Below are positions 58,485 to 64,000 of a stretch of 64,000 nucleotides of DNA, in pieces. The notes beneath the pieces are model-generated. The model did no database searches. It worked only from the letters and a program-made list of their open reading frames with translations, and had not been told where the DNA came from. Within the stretch, counting starts at the first letter, position 1. Each line of letters opens with the position of its first letter. The stretch covers positions 132 to 64,131 of the forward strand of contig JACRNH010000014.1 of assembly GCA_016219325.1 (NCBI GenBank), given 5' to 3'. The stretch comes from Candidatus Collierbacteria bacterium. GTDB lineage: Bacteria > Patescibacteriota > Microgenomatia > UBA1400 > JACPES01. The position numbers were made by a program, and so were the translations under genes.

Positions 58485-58811
58485 ATGAAACTCGGTATCA
58501 TCTTACAATCCAACAAACCGGAGCACGCGTGGAATACATTCCGCCTGGGAATTACTGCGCTTAAAGCGGGTTATCAAGTAGAAATCTTTTTAATGAACGA
58601 AGGTTCGGAACTTGATGCCATTTCCGACAGCAAAGATTTTGATATCTCTGTAAGAGTGGCGGAATTCAAAGAATTGAGGGGTGAAATTTACGCTTGCGGA
58701 ACCTGTCTTAAAGTGCGCGGTAAAGAAGAAAGTAAAATTTGCCCCATTGCCACCATGTCCGATTTATTAAAAATGGTAGAAGAGTCGGATAAAGTTTTAG
58801 TCTTTGGCTAA
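58485..58811 (+). CDS. DsrE/DsrF family protein
   Basis: FLMNEG, ACGTCL..R, CPIATM. Confidence 0.85.
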   Translation: MKLGIILQSNKPEHAWNTFRLGITALKAGYQVEIFLMNEGSELDAISDSKDFDISVRVAEFKELRGEIYACGTCLKVRGKEESKICPIATMSDLLKMVEESDKVLVFG

Positions 58812-58812
58812 T

Positions 58813-59043
58813 ATGAAACTAAAAAGAGTAGTATTAACAATTGTTAGTATTATTACAGTACTTCTTGGTTTATTGTGGTTTTTGCAAGGCTCTGACATTG
58901 TTCATCTACAACCCATATTGTGCTTTGCAGACTGCGAGCCCATAACTGGAAAGTCGCCATTATGGCAAGTAATAGGAGCGAGTGTCTTTATAGTAGGACT
59001 TGTCATTTTTATTAAAAGTGTAAGAGGAAGAAATAAACCTTAA
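58813..59043 (+). CDS. Small membrane protein
   Basis: GLLWFLQG motif; two TMs. Confidence 0.6.
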   Translation: MKLKRVVLTIVSIITVLLGLLWFLQGSDIVHLQPILCFADCEPITGKSPLWQVIGASVFIVGLVIFIKSVRGRNKP

Positions 59044-59126
59044 AAAATAATTTGTCGCCAAAGCATTGGTGTTTAGATAGAAAAATTGGTAAAATAAAAC
59101 TATTAACAAGGCAATAAATAATCTCT

Positions 59127-59600
59127 ATGAAAAAAACAAAGTATATCGTTGATTTTCAAAATGTATCTACTGTTGGTTTAGAGTCTTCACCTGTAGCAGA
59201 AGCACTTGCTGGTTTACGTGCAAATGAAGCCCGTTACTTTATGAATAAATACAAGCATGAGTTTACGGTTGTACCAGCTAGCGAAAGCCAGGAGACCCTT
59301 GATTATGTGAACCGAATTTTGAAAGAAGACCGTGATATCGAGTTTGCGGCCAAACCTTTAGAAACGTCGCGTTTTCAAGTGGAAAATATTAAATTTGCCT
59401 ACGTGTTTTATGAGGATGGGCTTGCGGTTAACGTAATGTATACGGTTGATGACCCTAAGAAGCGAGCCGTTGGTTTTAAGCTTTCTGAAGGGATGGAGGT
59501 ACCAAAGGAGTTAGAAGAGAAGTTTAAGTTTGCTAGGCAGAAGTCTAAACTAGCTGGGACAATCCGGGGCTCGTTTTTTGTAATTAAAGGGAAATATTAA
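59127..59600 (+). CDS. Conserved hypothetical protein resembling a Bacillota family
   Basis: ALAGLRANEARYF, KRAVGFKLS; family resemblance is from memory only. Confidence 0.65.
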   Translation: MKKTKYIVDFQNVSTVGLESSPVAEALAGLRANEARYFMNKYKHEFTVVPASESQETLDYVNRILKEDRDIEFAAKPLETSRFQVENIKFAYVFYEDGLAVNVMYTVDDPKKRAVGFKLSEGMEVPKELEEKFKFARQKSKLAGTIRGSFFVIKGKY

Positions 59601-59676
59601 AGGGCCTCGACTAAATTTGTGTATTGTCGCAAAGCAACAAGAGAACGTTGGAAATTTGCCGCCAAAGAAAAATTTG

Positions 59677-59746
59677 TGGTTCGACAGACTCACCATTCTG
59701 AGCCCAGCCAGTTCCGTTCGGATCCATTCGGCAAGCTCAGGACAAG
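59677..59746. repeat. Degenerate REP-like element
   Basis: TTCGACAGACTCACC and TTCGGCAAGCTCAGGACAAG units. Confidence 0.5.
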
Positions 59747-59811
59747 TATTTTCAAACAGACACCGCCAGCGCCTTATGACGCCTACATTTGAAGATTTGT
59801 TGAAATAAATT

Positions 59812-60573
59812 ATGAACATCATAAAAAAGAAAATACCATCTACCAAGGGCAATCTTGCGGCTGCGATCCATCGTTCCGAAAAGAAAACGGATAAGCTCGC
59901 CATTCTTTGCCCCGGCTATCTTGACTCGAAAGACTACGAACATTTAGTCGGCTTGGCAGAAGCATTGAGTGAACGAGGGTACACTGTCGTCAGGTTTGAG
60001 CCGACGGGAACATGGGAAAGCGAGGGCGATATTTCCGATTACACCACCTCGCAATATCTTGAGGACATCAAAAGTGTTCTTAAATATATGATAAATCAAG
60101 GGGGCTACAAACAAATTCTACTTGGCGGACATAGCCGAGGCGGACAAGTTTCAATTCTATACGCCGCGCGAGATTCCAGAGTTTCTGTTGTTTTGGGAAT
60201 TATGCCGTCGTCCGGACCCATAACAGGCCAACGGCGCGAAGAGTGGGAAAAAGCCGGCGTAAGCGTTTCTCAAAGAGATTTACCAAACGATAAAGAAAAA
60301 AAGAAAGAATTCCGCGTCCCGTTTCAGCATGTTTTAGATAGAGACCAATATGATGTCGTCGGAGATGCAAAGAAAATTAAAGCTCCTATAATTTTAATTG
60401 CAGGAGAAATAGATGTCCTTGTCCCGCCAAATGAAGTAAAGGAAATCTTCGATAACGCCAATAAGCCGAAAAAATTTATTATTATCCCGGACATCGGGCA
60501 TGATTATCGAAATAAAGATAACGAAATTTCCCTAGTAAACAAAATAATATTAAAAGAACTAAATTCAATTTGA
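59812..60573 (+). CDS. Alpha/beta hydrolase
   Basis: GHSRGG nucleophile, GEID, GH. Confidence 0.9.
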   Translation: MNIIKKKIPSTKGNLAAAIHRSEKKTDKLAILCPGYLDSKDYEHLVGLAEALSERGYTVVRFEPTGTWESEGDISDYTTSQYLEDIKSVLKYMINQGGYKQILLGGHSRGGQVSILYAARDSRVSVVLGIMPSSGPITGQRREEWEKAGVSVSQRDLPNDKEKKKEFRVPFQHVLDRDQYDVVGDAKKIKAPIILIAGEIDVLVPPNEVKEIFDNANKPKKFIIIPDIGHDYRNKDNEISLVNKIILKELNSI

Positions 60574-60667
60574 TTAATCTAAAATATGATTCACAACAAT
60601 ATCGAAATTAAGATTCAGGTCAAAAAGGCACTGCTCGTTTATATCTTAAGAAAACTATAATTAAATC

Positions 60668-60736
60668 ATGAAATGGAAGGTGGTCGAATATGAAACTGGA
60701 AGAGGAGAAAGGCCAATCAAGGGTATTTATCTTTGA
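60668..60736 (+). pseudogene. Collapsed RelE/HigB-like toxin stub (22 aa)
   Basis: MKWKVVEYETGRGERPIK...; upstream of an HTH antitoxin. Confidence 0.6.
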
Positions 60737-60796
60737 CATAATATAACGTCTATGTTATATTCTACTTGTTAGGCCTAAAGATAATGCCAAATGCTT

Positions 60797-61072
60797 ATGA
60801 AAAACTGGAAACAATTAAAATCAGAGCTTTTGCAAAACAAATCCGTCAAAAAAGAATATGATCGGTTAACTCCCCGGTATAAGGCGATTTCCGCGCTTAT
60901 TTCCGCTCGGATTAAACAGGGAATTACTCAAAAAGAATTGGCCCGGAAAACCGAAACAAAACAATCAGCGATTGCCCGCTTTGAAGCCGGAAATGTTAAT
61001 CCCTCGCTTGGATTCTTGGAAAAAATAGCTGGCGTGATGGGATACGGGATAAATATCAGCCTATCAAAATAA
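60797..61072 (+). CDS. HigA-like XRE antitoxin
   Basis: ARIKQGITQKELA...KQSAIARFEAG..NPSL. Confidence 0.85.
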   Translation: MKNWKQLKSELLQNKSVKKEYDRLTPRYKAISALISARIKQGITQKELARKTETKQSAIARFEAGNVNPSLGFLEKIAGVMGYGINISLSK

Positions 61073-61074
61073 GC

Positions 61075-61531
61075 ATGATTACGCCTTCAAAAGATTGGAT
61101 AAGTCCTAAAATTGAAATCAGGAAAACTTCCGGCAAAGGAAAAGGGATGTTTGCCCTCGAAAAAATCACCTCTGGCGAGCCATTGATTACTTTTGGCGGA
61201 GAATATACCGATGCGAAAGGAGCGGAAAAAGCCAGGGCCGGCGGCAAACTCATAATGCAATGGGACGATAACTGACCCGAATGCCTGGATGAAAGACGCA
61301 TTTACCATAACCGCCATGAGAGATATTAAAATCGGCGAAGAGATAACTGCCGATTACGCGATCTGGGAAGCGGACGAAAATTATATTTCAAAATGGGAAT
61401 GTAATTGCGGATCAGCTTTCTGTCGTCAGAGAGTAACGGGGAAAGATTGGCGACTGCCGGAACTGCAAGCGCGATATAAAAATCATTTCAGTCCATTGAT
61501 AAATAAAAGGATTAATAAGTTAAATTATTGA
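61075..61531 (+). pseudogene. SET-domain protein with internal deletion and frameshift
   Basis: KGKGMFA first half; DPNAWM...RDIKIGEEITADY...CNCGS..CR in another frame; NHSC motif missing. Confidence 0.8.
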
Positions 61532-62139
61532 CATATGCTGATTTGGGAGAGACTGGAAAGTACTTCTTCTTTAGATGTTTCAAATCCCGGCATCCAATCT
61601 ACAGGTTCTATATAATTTATATCTTGGTGAAAATCCAGTTGTCCGCGAAAAAGTTTGTCGCTAAATTCCCCCTCGCCATAAAATTCATGGGCGCGATCTA
61701 TCACCGCTTGCATCGAATGGTGTTTGAAAATAAAATATAGATCAACATAATCTTTCCATTTGGCTCGACGCCCGAGGGCAAAAGCTTTCATGGCGGCAAT
61801 AGATAAATCATCGGGCATGGTGACAATGGCTTCGAATTTTTCGTTGTGGGTGACCGGATATTCATATTGATAGAAAGTCATTTTAATATGATCGGCAACA
61901 AGCGTGAGCTGATTTAGTCCGTCAATGTGAATTTGATTAATACTGTGATTTTTGCGAATTGTCCGAATAATCGGTTGTGTTTCAAATGATTTGGGGGTAA
62001 ATAGATCAAAGTCCAGTGATCGACGATGACCATATTGCAGGGCAAGAGCCGTACCTCCAACAAGGTAATAATCGGTAGAAAATTGTTTTATAAGCGGAAG
62101 CATCGCAGTTTGTTCCGCGCTAAGGATATTTTTATGCAT
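61525..62139 (-). CDS. AbiEii/AbiGii-like nucleotidyltransferase
   Basis: LVGGTALALQYGHRRSLDFDLF; MKAFALGRRAKWKDYVD. Confidence 0.85.
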   Translation of the reverse strand: MHKNILSAEQTAMLPLIKQFSTDYYLVGGTALALQYGHRRSLDFDLFTPKSFETQPIIRTIRKNHSINQIHIDGLNQLTLVADHIKMTFYQYEYPVTHNEKFEAIVTMPDDLSIAAMKAFALGRRAKWKDYVDLYFIFKHHSMQAVIDRAHEFYGEGEFSDKLFRGQLDFHQDINYIEPVDWMPGFETSKEEVLSSLSQISICQ

Positions 62140-62404
62140 AATGATAGAAGTAATGGCGGAAATAATTTCGATATATTGGCAAAAGATTGTTTCTAGGCAT
62201 ATTATCCAGTTTTACAAAAATCCGGGCAAGATTTCGCACACCTAGGATTTCTTTTAATTGTAAAAACTCTTGCCATGTGCCATAGTTAATAATAGCCTCG
62301 GCAATGGACTCTATTGACAATTGGTCGTATGATTTGGTGTACCAGATAAGGGATGGATTTTGGCGGATAAGGTTTTGAGCGGAAGCAAGTTGCCGGTTTC
62401 CCAT
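62132..62404 (-). CDS. Cognate partner of the AbiEii-like gene
   Basis: LIWY...EAIINYG.W; overlaps the NTase start. Confidence 0.65.
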   Translation of the reverse strand: MGNRQLASAQNLIRQNPSLIWYTKSYDQLSIESIAEAIINYGTWQEFLQLKEILGVRNLARIFVKLDNMPRNNLLPIYRNYFRHYFYHYA

Positions 62405-62424
62405 GAACAAATTATAACAAAACA

Positions 62425-63369
62425 ATGTCCCATAAACACACTTTAACCAAAGGCAGAGCGGTATTTTTAGAATATTACTCAAAGCTCTTGCCTCAATTTT
62501 CCGTTCCGGAATTAACCGCCCATCTTAATACCAGAAACACGCCGATACTATTGATTTCTAAAGTTTTCGAGGCAAAATTAATGAAGCTCTGGCAGGAAAA
62601 CAGCCTGACATGGGCTCCTTTACGATGGTTTCCGTTTGCGCTGCAATGGCCGCCGGAAATTCCGGTCGGGGAAACTTTGCCGGGATTTACCGAAGGCTGG
62701 ATTTATCCAATGAATAAATCCTCCCTTCTGCCTGTTCTATTGGTAAATCCGCGGATAGGCGAGAATATTTTAGACGCGGCGGCGGCTCCGGGCGGAAAAA
62801 CTTTGGCAATCGCCAATCAAATAGATCTAAATAAAACTCTGTTGATCGCCAATGATTCGTCATTTCCCAGATTTAAGCGGCTAAGAACAGCTCTTAAATT
62901 TTTTGGGTACCCGGATATCCCGACTTGGAGATTTCCGGCCCAGACAATCGTTCGTAATTCCGAATATACTTTTGACAAAATTTTATTGGACGCTCCCTGC
63001 AGCAGCGAAAAACACGTTTTTAATTCCAAGAAACATCTTAAGATTTGGTCTCCCAACAGAATTAAAAAATTGTCCGAATTGCAATTATCATTAATAGAGT
63101 CTCTTTTGCCGTTGCTTAGATCGGGCGGAACTTTGATTTACAGCACCTGCGCTTTAACCCCGGAAGAAAATGAAGGAATTGTCGCAAAAGTATTGGAAAA
63201 GCATCCATTGGAAATTGCCTTGAAAAATCCGCCTGACGGGCTGCCGGTTTCCGGATCCGGCCTATCCGGTTTTGGCCTGACCGATTCCCAATCCGGCCAA
63301 GTTCTTAGGATCAATAATAATGATTTTGGTTTTGACCCGATGTTTGTAGCCGGATTGAGAAAAGTTTAG
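62425..63369 (+). CDS. RsmB/NOP2 family RNA m5C methyltransferase
   Basis: LDAAAAPGGKT, LLDAPCS, YSTC..TPEENE. Confidence 0.92.
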   Translation: MSHKHTLTKGRAVFLEYYSKLLPQFSVPELTAHLNTRNTPILLISKVFEAKLMKLWQENSLTWAPLRWFPFALQWPPEIPVGETLPGFTEGWIYPMNKSSLLPVLLVNPRIGENILDAAAAPGGKTLAIANQIDLNKTLLIANDSSFPRFKRLRTALKFFGYPDIPTWRFPAQTIVRNSEYTFDKILLDAPCSSEKHVFNSKKHLKIWSPNRIKKLSELQLSLIESLLPLLRSGGTLIYSTCALTPEENEGIVAKVLEKHPLEIALKNPPDGLPVSGSGLSGFGLTDSQSGQVLRINNNDFGFDPMFVAGLRKV

Positions 63370-63432
63370 AGTTGATGCAAATTTATGAACGATAACAAGA
63401 AATAAAATACTGAAAGTAGTATATTAACAACA

Positions 63433-63657
63433 ATGAATCCTTTCGCTGAAACCCAACCAGCATCGCCTCTCCAAAAAGTTGATTGGGCGGATCGGCTTGC
63501 TCACCTTGTCTTTACTGGAATTTGGATTAAGGATCCAAAAATTCTTTTATCGTCAATGAGATTGGCCGGATTAAGCGGAAGAGGAACAAATCTTATGGTT
63601 AATGCTTATTTTTCTCCAGAGATTTTTGACATTCAACCAGACGACCTTGCTAAATAA
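63433..63657 (+). CDS. Hypothetical protein
   Basis: 74-aa ORF. Confidence 0.4.
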   Translation: MNPFAETQPASPLQKVDWADRLAHLVFTGIWIKDPKILLSSMRLAGLSGRGTNLMVNAYFSPEIFDIQPDDLAK

Positions 63658-63682
63658 TTTTTACTTCTGTTAGAATGGAATT

Positions 63683-64000
63683 GTGAGTGATAATCCTGCG
63701 CCAAAACAACCGGAAATTGACTTCGGAAATCCGATGGAAGAAGAAAAAGTTCTGATCGGATGGAAAGCCCCGGAAAGACTGCATAAAACCCACGGCAAAG
63801 AATTCTTTACTACGATCGGGGCTTTCGTATTTTTACTTTCCATAATTGCCCTATTTTTTAAAGAAGTATTATTGATGATTACAATTTGGGCATTTGCGTT
63901 TGTAGCAATCGCCATGTCTAAAACCCAGCCTGAAATTATCGATTACGCCATCACTACACGCGGACTGAAGGTTGACAAAAACAAATACCGGTTTAGCGAA
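63683..64000 (+). CDS. Membrane protein (DUF5673-like), 3'-truncated by window
   Basis: Open from GTG 63683: W.APER...two TMs...YAITTRGLKVD..KYRF. Confidence 0.65.
   Translation, partial: MSDNPAPKQPEIDFGNPMEEEKVLIGWKAPERLHKTHGKEFFTTIGAFVFLLSIIALFFKEVLLMITIWAFAFVAIAMSKTQPEIIDYAITTRGLKVDKNKYRFSE

Noticed and set aside
59127-59600. Phage tail gene indicating a prophage at tRNA-Ser
   Set aside because: No phage context and no tail motif visible; any such family label is unsupported here
510-63915. Numerous antisense or nested ORFs (e.g. 510-1079, 15077-15640, 28176-28790, 50798-51358, 54536-55012, 63670-63915)
   Set aside because: Shadows of motif-supported genes on the other strand or frame, with no motifs of their own
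1-64000. CRISPR array or cas genes
   Set aside because: No repeat-spacer periodicity; the repeats seen are 7-12-bp tandem units or palindromes
1-64000. Genome-wide TGA recoding (code 25 or 4)
   Set aside because: Long genes are open in code 11, and TGA acts as a stop, including ATGA overlaps (e.g. 43445-43448, 52847-52850)
1-64000. Diversity-generating retroelement, retron or group II intron
   Set aside because: No reverse transcriptase motif and no TR/VR repeat pair seen

Overview
Bacterial DNA in the standard genetic code. Gene content and style suggest Patescibacteria/CPR, probably Microgenomates-like (inference). From left to right: a copper/redox cluster (DsbA, P1B ATPase, two CcdA, ArsR-YHS), an ECF sigma locus, TA systems and a DEAD-box helicase, then a long run of accessory genes (23-31 kb). 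Next comes a ~16-kb integrated region, a tRNA-Asn(GTT) split by a group I intron that carries an HNH ORF, dnaG-rpoD, tRNA-Ser(CGA) and a second accessory run. Main result: 31205-47421 resolves into two related large-serine-recombinase elements stacked at the tRNA-Asn 3' end. The shared GCTC core lies inside each integrase gene in the same reading frame, so each integration would swap the integrase C-terminal tail. One integrase now ends in antisense tRNA/intron sequence; the other carries its neighbour's tail. Also seen: palindromic and heptamer repeats inserted in frame in proteins (including DnaG), two adjacent genes each with one in-frame TGA, and toxin genes collapsed to stubs. All calls come from reading motifs by eye; no searches were run.
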